Assembly (NCBI GenBank): GCA_963681965.1
Contig: OY820579.1
Coordinates: forward strand, 640,001-704,000
DNA length: 64,000 bases
Source of the DNA: a bacterium
Lineage (GTDB): Bacteria > Electryoneota > JAOADG01
Reading direction: 5' to 3'
Positions 50,392 through 60,900 of this stretch are shown here, piece by piece. Within the stretch, counting starts at the first letter, position 1; every line of letters begins with the position of its first letter. Position numbers and translations under genes: made by a program. Below the pieces are notes generated by a model. It was not told the origin of the DNA. It searched no databases and saw only the letters and a program-made list of their open reading frames with translations.

Positions 50392-51465
50392 ATGAATACC
50401 GAACAGCAACCGTCATCAGAATTAGGCAAAATCTCAGCCGATATCTTCGACCGGGTCATATATCCGAAACTTGGACGCTCGAGAAATTCCGAGGTTTTGG
50501 TTGGACCACATACCGGTGTCGATGTTGGTATCGTCGCACTTGGCAATGGACAAGTGATGGCACTGACGACGGACCCGCTTTGGGTATTACCGGAATTCGG
50601 CTGGGCACGCGCCGGTTGGTTCGCAATCCATATCATCGCCTCCGATGCCGCCACTTCCGGACTAGAACTGAAGTATATCACACTCGACTTAAATCTTCCT
50701 CCATCGCTGCCGGCAGACGATTTTTCCGAATTGTGGGAGGTAACTCACCGCACATGCGATGATATCGGACTCGCTATCGTCACGGGTCATACCGGTCGGT
50801 ACGACGGCTGCAATTTTCCCACGATCGGTAGTGGCACCGTCATCGCTATCGGCAACGAATACGATTACATCACACCAACCATGGCACAGCCGGGTGATAT
50901 TGTTGTCATGACCAAAGGCGCTGCGATTGAAACTACTGCTCATTTCGGGGTTGCGTTTCCGGATCGTATTCGTGCCGCTTGCGGCGAGGCGATTGCAACA
51001 GCAGCACAAGATTTGTATTGGCAGTTATCGGTCGTGAAAGAAGCACGGTTAGCGGCAAGTATCGGTGTGCGCGAGCGCGGTGTCACTGCGATGCACGACG
51101 CAACCGAACGTGGTGTGTGGGGCGGGTTGTATGAGATCGCGCAGGCTTCCGGCAATGGATTATTGATTCACAAGGACGCGATTTTAATTCCGCCGGTGGT
51201 TGAAGCGGTCTGCGGTTTATTCAATATCGACCCTTACCCTGCCAGCAGCGAGGGAACACTACTCCTGACCTGCCGACCACGACGCGTGATGGATTTGATC
51301 GCAATATTATCTGATAACGGAATCGATTGTACGATGATCGGCGAGATCCTTCCTCGAGAAAAGGGAATTAAATATATCGAGAACGGACAAATCAAAGATT
51401 TGATTTATCCCGAACACGATCCATTTTGGGACGTATTCACTGCCGAACGCGAGAGGTCGGTATGA
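50392..51465 (+). CDS. AIR synthase/PurM-superfamily protein (HypE-like fold, not a true HypE)
   Basis: LGKI, GP..GVD, TTDP, ASDAATSG, GHTG, TKGAAIE, AMHDATERG, SEGTLL, DPFW; no C-terminal PRIC. Confidence 0.8.
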   Translation: MNTEQQPSSELGKISADIFDRVIYPKLGRSRNSEVLVGPHTGVDVGIVALGNGQVMALTTDPLWVLPEFGWARAGWFAIHIIASDAATSGLELKYITLDLNLPPSLPADDFSELWEVTHRTCDDIGLAIVTGHTGRYDGCNFPTIGSGTVIAIGNEYDYITPTMAQPGDIVVMTKGAAIETTAHFGVAFPDRIRAACGEAIATAAQDLYWQLSVVKEARLAASIGVRERGVTAMHDATERGVWGGLYEIAQASGNGLLIHKDAILIPPVVEAVCGLFNIDPYPASSEGTLLLTCRPRRVMDLIAILSDNGIDCTMIGEILPREKGIKYIENGQIKDLIYPEHDPFWDVFTAERERSV

Positions 51466-52508
51466 CTCACAAAACACTAGCGGACATCGGTGAATTTGGG
51501 TTAATCGAACGGCTCAAGCGGTTTCTACCCGGTTCACTTCCTGAAGATGTGGTGCTTGGCATCGGCGACGATTGTGCAATCATCCGTATTTCCGACGACC
51601 GGGTATTTGTGGTCACCTGTGATATGCAGGTTGACACTGTCCATTTTCGCAGCGACCACACTGAACCCTACGTGATTGGCAGACGAGCAATGTCAGTCAA
51701 TCTGTCGGATATCGCTGCCATGGGCGCAACACCCCGATTTGCGCTAGTATCACTTGGCTTGCCGGAAGCATTGTCATCCGATTTCTTCGACCGTATGTAT
51801 CAGGGATTGGTCGATCGGCTTACCGAATTCGGTGGTGTTGTCATTGGTGGAAATTTTTCCCGCACCGATAAAATCATTATTGATCTTTTTATAATTGGTG
51901 AAGCGCATCCCGACCACATCCTCACCCGTTCCGGTGCGCAACCCGGTGACCGGTTGTTCGTCACTGGTTGTCTCGGCAGCTCTGCCGCAGGACAACTTCT
52001 TCTATCGCAGTTCGATCGATCCGCACTTCCATCGACCTTCGCTTCACTTATCAACGCACATCTTAATCCCACCCCTCGTGTAGCATTTGCCAAAAAGCTT
52101 GCCGAAGCCGACATCGCAACTGCGGCAATCGATATCAGCGATGGACTTGCTGCCGATCTGGGGCATCTCTGCGACCGCAGTCAGTGCGATGTACTCGTGC
52201 GATACGGCGCATTGCCATTTCTCCTTGAACTTGATGCTGCTATCGAATGGATCAACCAGAATAATTCGATTACATCGCGTGAATCGCTGATCCTTCAAGG
52301 CGGCGAAGATTACGAGTTGCTATTTACCATACCCGCTTCCGTTTCGCTGGACACGCTCCGCAAAATTGCGAATCAAACGAAAACGCTTATCACGGAAATC
52401 GGTCGCATCGCGCCACGTGATGCCGGAAGATTCTTAGAATTGACCGATGGCAGCAATAAAACCCTCTCTGGTTCCGGGTGGGATCACTATTCTCCGAATC
52501 GAGCATAG
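51462..52508 (+). CDS. thiL: Thiamine-monophosphate kinase
   Basis: GEFGLI, GIGDDCA, D..V..VHF, VNLSDIAAMGATP, RSGA.PGD, IDISDGL..DL.H, GGEDYELLFT, GWDHY; ATGA overlap with the upstream gene. Confidence 0.92.
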   Translation: MTHKTLADIGEFGLIERLKRFLPGSLPEDVVLGIGDDCAIIRISDDRVFVVTCDMQVDTVHFRSDHTEPYVIGRRAMSVNLSDIAAMGATPRFALVSLGLPEALSSDFFDRMYQGLVDRLTEFGGVVIGGNFSRTDKIIIDLFIIGEAHPDHILTRSGAQPGDRLFVTGCLGSSAAGQLLLSQFDRSALPSTFASLINAHLNPTPRVAFAKKLAEADIATAAIDISDGLAADLGHLCDRSQCDVLVRYGALPFLLELDAAIEWINQNNSITSRESLILQGGEDYELLFTIPASVSLDTLRKIANQTKTLITEIGRIAPRDAGRFLELTDGSNKTLSGSGWDHYSPNRA

Positions 52509-52512
52509 TGAT

Positions 52513-52624
52513 TCTTGAAAATAAGTTGTCATGATTCGGTGTCAGGCTTCGCCTGACCTGCGGGCGGACGCGGGGGTCTGCCCCTACTACCGATAACAAC
52601 TTATTTTCAAGAGATACTATATAA
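52513..52624. mobile_element. Non-autonomous MITE/REPIN-like element, copy B
   Basis: TIRs TCTTGAAAATAAGTTGTCAT...ATAACAACTTATTTTCAAGA; internal GTCAGGCTTCGCCTGAC hairpin and a GTAG-REP on the minus strand (GGGCGGAC..GTCTGCCCCTAC). Confidence 0.72.
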
Positions 52625-52650
52625 AAAAAGGCGCACTCGCGTGCGCCTTT
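52623..52650 (-). terminator. Intrinsic terminator of the FadL-type gene
   Basis: AAAAAAAGGCGCAC-TCGC-GTGCGCCTTT. Confidence 0.65.
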
Positions 52651-52672
52651 CTAGAATTCTGTCCAACTGATT

Positions 52673-54163
52673 CTACAATTTCCAAGCAAAGCCTAAGTTG
52701 ACAAAGCTGCCGCTCAAGCTATTGCTACTGCCGGAGTATTCACTCGCCATAATGCTCGGATTGTCGGCAGTCAAATCTTTCTTCAATGCCATTTCGTACG
52801 CTAAGTGCGCTGAGAATGTCTTGCAGATATTGTAGCTGCACCCAACCGTAAGGTGGTGCTCGATGATTGCCGGGAAAACGGCAATCAAGGTCGAACTCGG
52901 TACCGGATTGCTTCCATAAGCATAGCCACCACGAACCGTCCAAGCCTGATTGATCATATATTCCGCACCGAGGCGAAGCATTACGGCGTCTTTCCAGTCC
53001 ATTGGGAAATCGACCGCGAAGTTGCCGTAATTGCCCATCATCCGGTTGATGTTGGGGTTGTCGCCATGCTTCAGTGTCAATTTGATCTTATCGTAGGCAT
53101 TCTTCCAATTGATCCACTCCACATCCATTGCCAGCAGCAACTTCGGATTCGCCTGATAGGAAATGCCGATTCCCACAGATTGCGGGTTGGTCAATTCGGC
53201 TTCGAGATCGTAATCGCCAACAAAACCACGCGCGGTATCGATACCCAATCCGGTATATTGCATCATCACGGCGTGACGAGCTGCAGCATCCGATAAACCG
53301 TATTGACGCTTCACGACAGCGACCTGTCTGCCAATCATATCGTCAGCTTGCCGCGTCATATCGATATGCGCCTTGCCGCCAGTATGCTTAAATGTCGTCG
53401 GGGAGGTGTAGTTAAATCCGAACGAAAGATCTTTGGTGGGCTTGTAAGCAAATCCGATTTTCCCGCCAAGACCCGAACCAGCCAAATCACTCATTTTCGA
53501 TGCGGCGGTTGTTTCCTGATATCCGTATATGCTGAAAATCTTGCCAAATGTCGTATCCGGTTTAGCAATACCAGCTAATGCAGACGGGGACATCGAAAAC
53601 GGCATTTCGAATTCAAGCGTACTGTACATCAGGTGCAGCGACATTCCGACAGATAACTTTTCGTTAATTTGATAAGCGACGCTCGGTCCGATCTGAATTA
53701 CGCCCAATTTCGAGTGATATTTCTGAGGATCGTAGACGTTATGTCCACCAGCAGTGTCAACCCAAAGGGCATGATTCAATTTGTAGTCTGCGCCCATTCC
53801 GCCGAGTGTAAACGCGCCAACACCCCAGGTAATGCGGTGTTTTTCTTGCAGTTTCGTGTTCACATAACCGATACCGCCTAACGGGTAAGTGTTGCGGTCA
53901 CCATCTTTATCGTTCAGATTATTTTTGAAGTGCGTTGTTGGCATCAATGCGGCAAAGTTGGCACCAATTCCAACTTCATCTAGAAAAGTCAATCCGGCTG
54001 GATTCGTCATCATGAGCGATGGACTATCAAACACGCCGATACCGGTTCCACCACGACCGTTCATTTTCGGACCAAAACCGATTAAGCGCGTTCCATTTGT
54101 GGCAAATGCTGAGGAAACAACCAGTAAGGTTAACAGTAGAATAGCAAGTAGTCTTCGCTTCAT
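52673..54163 (-). CDS. OmpP1/FadL/TodX family outer-membrane transporter
   Basis: Signal peptide SAFA|TNG, G.G.G...NPAGL, PQSVGIG, DVEWINW, R.G.EY, RGGYAYGSNP, aromatic terminal strand. Confidence 0.85.
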   Translation of the reverse strand: MKRRLLAILLLTLLVVSSAFATNGTRLIGFGPKMNGRGGTGIGVFDSPSLMMTNPAGLTFLDEVGIGANFAALMPTTHFKNNLNDKDGDRNTYPLGGIGYVNTKLQEKHRITWGVGAFTLGGMGADYKLNHALWVDTAGGHNVYDPQKYHSKLGVIQIGPSVAYQINEKLSVGMSLHLMYSTLEFEMPFSMSPSALAGIAKPDTTFGKIFSIYGYQETTAASKMSDLAGSGLGGKIGFAYKPTKDLSFGFNYTSPTTFKHTGGKAHIDMTRQADDMIGRQVAVVKRQYGLSDAAARHAVMMQYTGLGIDTARGFVGDYDLEAELTNPQSVGIGISYQANPKLLLAMDVEWINWKNAYDKIKLTLKHGDNPNINRMMGNYGNFAVDFPMDWKDAVMLRLGAEYMINQAWTVRGGYAYGSNPVPSSTLIAVFPAIIEHHLTVGCSYNICKTFSAHLAYEMALKKDLTADNPSIMASEYSGSSNSLSGSFVNLGFAWKL

Positions 54164-54526
54164 TTGCGTCCCTTCCTATTGATATTGGTAAAAAACATCG
54201 TATAAACAACAAAATCTGCTAATGATTGGCGAGAAAAGTGTCGAATTTCATGGGATAATCCCCACTCATTGAACATCCCGATGATACAATTTTTTATTCA
54301 CGGAACCAAACTATTTTAGCAAATTAGTCGAAATTCTGACTTGGGTGAATTCGATCTAGAATCGAACGATTATTCTGTTTTTCCTGTTTCTTGCTCGAAA
54401 AGTGCCGAATTTCGTCAGATTGCTTGCAGTAGTCGGTTACCCTCTGTACCTTTGGGATCGAATCGACTTATTCCTGCGTTTCATCTGTATTCCATAATTG
54501 TTTTCTCAATGCTAGAGGAGCTCCTA

Positions 54527-55075
54527 ATGAAAAAACTCGGATTAATTTTAATCGTAGCACTGTTCACAACGGTAGCATTTGCCGCCGAGTTGACCGAACC
54601 GATTTTATTAACCTCGATCGGACAATCGGCAGACCTGTCCATGGCAAAAGCAATGCTGAAGAAAGCTGGTTGTGACTCTGCCAAGCTCGTCGTCGATAAA
54701 TTGGCAACCGCTGCCAAAGTTCCCGAGGGCGGTACGGTAGCAATGGTGGTGGGCGCATCCAACAAGGGTCTCGGCGAGGCACGCATTTCCGTCGATACCG
54801 AAATTGCCCGCGCGAAAACCTTAATCGAAGCGGCTAAAAAAGCCAAAGCGAAAATTTTATTGATCCACGTTGGTGGTAAAGAGCGTCGCGGTGGTCAATC
54901 CGAGGCGATTTGCAAAGCGGTTGCCGACGCTGCCGATGTGCTGGTCGTCAAGAAAGATGGCGACACTGATAGTTTCTTCGCCAATATCGCCAAAGCGAAC
55001 AAGAAACCGTATCACGGTTTCGTCAAGATTCCCGAAGGCACCAAAGAATTGGCGACAGCATTCGGTAAAAAATAA
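54527..55075 (+). CDS. Exported DUF6305-like protein
   Basis: Signal peptide VAFA; LTSIGQSAD, VGASNKGLG, HVGG..RRG, DGD.D.FF; RBS GAGGAG. Confidence 0.68.
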   Translation: MKKLGLILIVALFTTVAFAAELTEPILLTSIGQSADLSMAKAMLKKAGCDSAKLVVDKLATAAKVPEGGTVAMVVGASNKGLGEARISVDTEIARAKTLIEAAKKAKAKILLIHVGGKERRGGQSEAICKAVADAADVLVVKKDGDTDSFFANIAKANKKPYHGFVKIPEGTKELATAFGKK

Positions 55076-55130
55076 TTTTCGTCAATTCTCGGTTGAGAAT
55101 TAATCGCTCAACGTGAATGACATTTTCAGT

Positions 55131-55158
55131 AGAAGGGTGTATTTCAATACACCCTTCT
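55131..55158. terminator. Palindromic hairpin (terminator or REP-like)
   Basis: AGAAGGGTGTATT-TC-AATACACCCTTCT. Confidence 0.5.
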
Positions 55159-55313
55159 TGCTTTATCACATCGATATTAGTATTGCGGATTTCGTTTATC
55201 TTTTTTTTGTTATCACTGGACTCGCGAAATAATCGGTGTTTATGTAGTATTCAACCGACTTCGCTGTTTGAAATCACGGCGTATACTTGCCATCTCATCG
55301 CGTTGGGGGTAGT

Positions 55314-57842
55314 ATGATGTTCTTTTTGATCTTCATCGTCCTGTTTGCGATCGCTATTACTTTTTACCGCTCGTTACAAGATCGGTACCGGAAACTGGAA
55401 GAAGCATTCCGCGCGCTTGTAATAAAACACAAGTTGCTCGACGGTCGTCTCGACACCGTCGAAAAAGAGTTAGCACAGCTAAAGAACAAGCCACTTGCGA
55501 CATCGCCGCTACCGAAAACCGAATTAATCTCCGAAATTTTCGAAGCGGCGCCAATTACTTCAACTCCACTGGAAGCACCGGAAATGGCACCCGTCGTCAA
55601 GACGGAGGCACCGCTACCGTTCACACCACCTCCACAAGAGACAATAACGCCACAAGAAATACCGATAGTACCGACACCGGTTCAACCCGAACCAGTGCCA
55701 TCACCGGTGGCTGCACACCCCGAAAAGAAATCGGAAGGGTGGGAATCGTTTGTCGGTGGTAAATTGTTCAACCGGATTGGTGCCGTCGCCCTTATCCTCT
55801 TCGCGGTATATTTCTTAAAGTATGCCTTCGAAAACAACCTGATTTCCGAGACGATGCGGATTGTTTTGGGTATATTTGCAGGTGCCGGTCTGATTGCCGG
55901 AGCGGAATTATCCCGAAAATCCGGTTACAATATCTTTGCTCAGGGGATATTGAGTGCGGGTATTGCAATCGAGTATCTATCGGTTTATGTCGGTACCGGA
56001 TTGTATCATTTGGTCTCAGTTGAAGCCGGGTTTGCTGGAATGTGTCTGGTTTCGCTCGTCGCACTCCTGTTTTCTTATCGCCTCAATTCACTTCCGGCAG
56101 TAATTTTGGCGTGGGCAGGTGGCTTTGCGACCCCCTTTTTACTACCCATTCATACCGATTATCCGATGGCGATGTTCATCTATTTACTCGTCCTCAATGC
56201 CAGTTTACTCTTCGTCATTCGATTAAAACCGCACTGGTTCATCCTCGAAGCGATCGGTTTTATCGCCACAACCATTTGTTACATCGCTTGGTATGCGCTG
56301 TCACCCGACTTAAATAAAATATCGATCTTTACTTCGTTTGCTATTCTTGCATGGTGCTTGTTCCATCTGATGGATCTCATTCGACCGGAACCCGATGATG
56401 AAATGGCGCAATACCTCCGGAATACCGTTCAAGTTTGTGTCGGAGTGGCAGTACTGCTGATTTCGATTGGTCTACTGCATTCGCATTACAAGTGGGAATT
56501 GATGACGATTATCGGTAGTATTTCTGGCTGCTATATCCTCTCTGGTTGGTTTCAATTTCGTCAGAATGGATTCAACAATATTCAATGGAATCGGCTATCG
56601 ATCACGGCGCTGGCATTTCTCGCGGTTGCCGCATTGTTGGCTCCGACGCTGCTCTGGAGTTGCATTCTTTTATTCCTGTTAAATGTCGGTCTGCTTGCCG
56701 GTCAACTGATGAAACGATCCTGGAATGCTGCCGAATTAGTGGGTATCATTTTTAGCTCATTTTCGGTATTTCTATTATATCATTCCACCCTCCCGCTCTT
56801 GGATCGGAATCTGTTCCTCGTTTTCATCGCCGCCATCTGGCTGCTTTACCATTTGAACGATCTCTTCCGGAAAACCGCTTTCGACTTATCGCTTCGACCG
56901 TTACGATTCGCCGCTCAGTGTGTCACGACCTATTTTATCTTCGCATCGCCCGCGGTTGTGTTATACACCGGTCATCCCACTCTTCTTGCCGTGATCTACT
57001 TACTTGTCGCTGCCGGTTATGCCATTTCAGCCGGGAATTGGTGGTATCGTACCGCAAATCTCGATCTGCAGTGGAATCGCTTGGTTGGATCCGCAATCGT
57101 GATGCTCATGGCGGGCACACTGGTATATTTCGAAGGGTTCGTCGTCGTTGTCTTCTGGTCGATCGAAGCGATTTTAATCGCATGGTGGGGGGCATATAAG
57201 GGATATCAGATTATCGGGAAATTTTCCTTTGCGATGATCGCGATTACTTTCCTGAAATATCTGAGTATAACGGGAGCTTTGTCGTGGCATCCCATCCTGG
57301 AATTTGAGTTACTCTTCAATCTCAGGTTCCTTGCCGCATTCTTGTTAGTCGGAGCTATGTCTACGATCCTCTTTCTCGCCACAACCCTCGATGAGTTTCT
57401 GTCGCAAATACTGAAATTGTTGTTGGGTATTGGAATCGCCGCACTGGTCTTCCTACTCATTACATCCGAAACGGTCGATAACTACAATCAGCAAATTGCC
57501 ATGCTGAGCGGTCGCATCGAGTCCGATCGACTGGCAGTCGCCTCGATGCAAAATATGAAACAGTTGGTGCTTTCGGGTGCGTGGCTGGCTTATTCTGTGA
57601 TCGCAATGGTGTTGGGTTTGTGGATGCGGAAACGGGGCATTCGGCTGGCGGCAATTATCGTATTCGGTATGACGATATTTAAGATTTTCGCGATCGATTT
57701 ATCGTTCCTCGACGCTTGGTATCGAATGTTGTCGTTCCTTGCGCTGGGCGTCATTCTGATTTCGGTATCGTTCCTGTATCAGAAATACAAAGCGGTAATT
57801 CTTCCTCCCGAAAAAGAGGGCGTAGAGCAAGATCTGAATTAG
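55314..57842 (+). CDS. DUF2339-like polytopic membrane protein
   Basis: Coiled coil and Pro-rich linker, WE.FVGG..FNRIG, FLKYA, GGFATP, many TM helices, K.F..DL..L...YRMLSF..LG...SF.YQ. Confidence 0.82.
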   Translation: MMFFLIFIVLFAIAITFYRSLQDRYRKLEEAFRALVIKHKLLDGRLDTVEKELAQLKNKPLATSPLPKTELISEIFEAAPITSTPLEAPEMAPVVKTEAPLPFTPPPQETITPQEIPIVPTPVQPEPVPSPVAAHPEKKSEGWESFVGGKLFNRIGAVALILFAVYFLKYAFENNLISETMRIVLGIFAGAGLIAGAELSRKSGYNIFAQGILSAGIAIEYLSVYVGTGLYHLVSVEAGFAGMCLVSLVALLFSYRLNSLPAVILAWAGGFATPFLLPIHTDYPMAMFIYLLVLNASLLFVIRLKPHWFILEAIGFIATTICYIAWYALSPDLNKISIFTSFAILAWCLFHLMDLIRPEPDDEMAQYLRNTVQVCVGVAVLLISIGLLHSHYKWELMTIIGSISGCYILSGWFQFRQNGFNNIQWNRLSITALAFLAVAALLAPTLLWSCILLFLLNVGLLAGQLMKRSWNAAELVGIIFSSFSVFLLYHSTLPLLDRNLFLVFIAAIWLLYHLNDLFRKTAFDLSLRPLRFAAQCVTTYFIFASPAVVLYTGHPTLLAVIYLLVAAGYAISAGNWWYRTANLDLQWNRLVGSAIVMLMAGTLVYFEGFVVVVFWSIEAILIAWWGAYKGYQIIGKFSFAMIAITFLKYLSITGALSWHPILEFELLFNLRFLAAFLLVGAMSTILFLATTLDEFLSQILKLLLGIGIAALVFLLITSETVDNYNQQIAMLSGRIESDRLAVASMQNMKQLVLSGAWLAYSVIAMVLGLWMRKRGIRLAAIIVFGMTIFKIFAIDLSFLDAWYRMLSFLALGVILISVSFLYQKYKAVILPPEKEGVEQDLN

Positions 57843-57864
57843 TTCTGTGGCAAGTATGATTCTG

Positions 57865-57901
57865 AAAACCGGTTGAGCGACTTTTCCGCTCAACCGGTTT
57901 T
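57865..57901. terminator. Bidirectional intrinsic terminator between convergent genes
   Basis: AAAACCGGTTGAGCG-N7-CGCTCAACCGGTTTT. Confidence 0.8.
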
Positions 57902-57906
57902 ATTTC

Positions 57907-60900
57907 CTAGTCAAGTACTTCGCGTAGCTTTCTCGAAATCGATTCGATCGAGAACGGCTTCTGAATAAAATGAATTCCTTCTTCGAGAATTCCCTGATGA
58001 GCGATGACATCGGAGGTGTATCCCGACATAAATAGTACTTTCATATCGGGTTTAATCTGTCTTATTGTCTCGAATAGCTTCTTTCCATTCATTTCCGGCA
58101 TAATCACATCCGACAGCATTAAGTCGACCACTTCTTCGGAAGAATGAATAAATTCTACACATTTTGCCGGACTATTCATCCCATACACTTTGTAACCCAA
58201 AAATTCCAACATCTGGCATGTCATCTCGCGCACATTATCATTGTCTTCAACGACTAATAGTTTTTCAGTACCCCGCTTATATCCATCCGAGATGGCAGAT
58301 TTTTTCTCGGTAATAATTGCTTCGTTCGATTTGATAAAATAGAGTCGAAAAGTTGTACCCTTACCCAATTTACTCTCTACCGAGATGTGTCCGCTGTGCT
58401 GCTTGACAATGCCAAATACTGTCGACAAGCCTAATCCAGTACCCTTTCCCTGCTCCTTGGTCGTGAAAAACGGTTCGAATATTTTCGATAAATTCTCGGT
58501 AGAAATCCCGCTGCCGGTATCGCTGACCGTCAATTGCGCATACCGACCCGGTTTGACGTCCGGATAATTTTTACAGTAATCCGGAGTCAGTTCGACTGAG
58601 GAAACTTTAAATGATAGCTCGCCGCCGTGCGTCATCGCATCTTGCGCATTGATTGCAAGATTCATCAAGATTTGTTCAATTTGCCCGATATCGGCGACAA
58701 TCGGAATCGGTTTGGCGGGCAAAGAGAATGTAATTGAAATATCCTCGCGAATCGTTCGACGCAGAATTTTCTGAAAATCCGAGATGATTTGATCCAACGC
58801 TACTGGTTTTAATTCCAAAACCTGTTTTCGACTAAACGCCAGCAATTGACGTGTTAATCCCGAAGCGCGGTCGGCGGCGTTGTAGATCTCGCGAACATCG
58901 TTGTGACGTGGATCGTTCTCGTGGATGTTGTTCATCAACATTTCCGAATATCCGAGAATCGGTGACAGCAAGTTATTGAAGTCGTGTGCGACACCACCTG
59001 CCAGTTGTCCGATCGCCTCCAATTTCTGCGATTGACGCAACATGGCTTCCAAACGCTTTCTCGCCTCTTCCTCTTGTTTCCGATCGGAAATATCGACCGC
59101 TAATCCGCGAACTCCGACAACTTTCCCCTCGCTGTAGATCGGACTTGAATAGATTAAAGCGGGAAAAGTAGAGCGATCTGTGCGTCGAATGGTGTACTCG
59201 ACACCCTGCAACGAATGCCCATTGAGCACCTGTCGCATATCCTCATACGCCTTCTCCTGCGATTCCTCAGCAACGACGTCGGTAATATTAATCGTAGTAA
59301 CATCTTTGGATTCGTCAAACCCCAGTTCTTTGAAACCACGAATATTGGAATATGTAAAGGAGCCCAATACGTCGATTTCAAATACGATTTGCGGCAACAA
59401 ATTCGATAGATCGCGGTACCGTTGCTCGCTATCTTTCAGCGCGACATCGGCAGTTAGACGCTCCAACTCGGCACCGGCTCGTGTAGCAAACAGCGACAAG
59501 ATCGACAATAGGTGTTCGAATTGTAAAATCGGTTTATTGTCGAAGATCGCCAGAATTCCAAGCAGTTCGCCAGTACTGGAAATTAGTGGAATGCCTAAAT
59601 ATGACGTAATTCCTAGTTCTTGTAACTCTCGACAATTGGGATATAACTCTTGCACTTTGTCGGAAATATACTTTGTTTCGCGCGTCAGAATTGTCGAACA
59701 GGGTGAATCCGCGAGATCATATAACCTGTTTTCAATCAACTCGACATCTTGACATCGACCAATCGATTCCAGTTGATTGCGATTGTCATGCGGAAATCGA
59801 TCGATCGTAACCATGCGCACTCGGAGTGTTTTTGCGATCGATTGTGCAAACGACTGGAAGTACTTCATTCCCGTCACGGATACGGTTTCCCGAAGAATCG
59901 TGTCGAGCATGATTTCTAGGCTTTTACGCTCGGAAATATTGTGGACGATCATCAAAAAGCAGGGATCGCCATTGAGAACGATTGGTCGCACCGAAACTAA
60001 TCCGTGAATTAATTTTCCCGATTTCGATTTAAATTCGCCTTCAAAGTTGTCGACATAACCATTTGCTTTTATGATTTCAACTAATCTTTTTCGGTCTTCA
60101 ATATTCCGCCAGGTACCAATTTGATTGACTGGCTTTCCGATTACCTCTTCGCGCGTATATTCGGTTTCCTTACAGAATGCGTCGTTTACCGCCATGTGTA
60201 GACCATCGGAAATTCGGGAAATCGCTATGACATCCGGACTGGTCTGAAAAATCATTTCAAATTTCTCGACGGAAACTAGTAATTCGTCCTCTGTCTTTTT
60301 TCGCTCGGTAATATCACGCGCGATAATCAACAAACACTCGTTTCCACGATACTCCATTGAACTGATCGACAGCAGGGCAGTTATGATACTTCCATCTTTC
60401 CTGCGAATGCCCATTTCAAAATCGCGAACCACCCCATCGTTTTTTAATAATTCGATTACCCGATTACGCTCCTCCGGTTTCTCCCAAATGTGTAAATCAA
60501 AAGATGTTTTCCCGACCACTTCGTCGCGAGTATACCCAATCATCGATAAAAAATGCTCATTGACCTCGATAAAAGTGCCGTCGTTAAGGTTGGTCAAAGA
60601 TATCGAATCGGGACCGGTCTGAAATACTTTCGCGAATTTCTGTTCCGATTCTTCCAATTCTTGAACTAGTTTCTTTTGACCGGTTATATCAGTAAGAATA
60701 AAGGTCAATCCGGTAATTTTATCGTCGACTTTCGATGGTCCAATTCGCACTAAATACCACGTGCCGTGCTGATCGATCGTTTCAATACTAATCGGTTTTC
60801 CGGTTTGTAAAATGGTGTCGATGTGGTTTCGAAGATCACTAGCACGATCTGGTTTTACAAACTCTTCGATATTTTTGCCGACCGGATTCAGGTTCGGATC

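Noticed and set aside
50392-51465. hypE call
   Set aside because: Lacks the essential C-terminal PR(I/V)C, and no hyp/hydrogenase genes are nearby.
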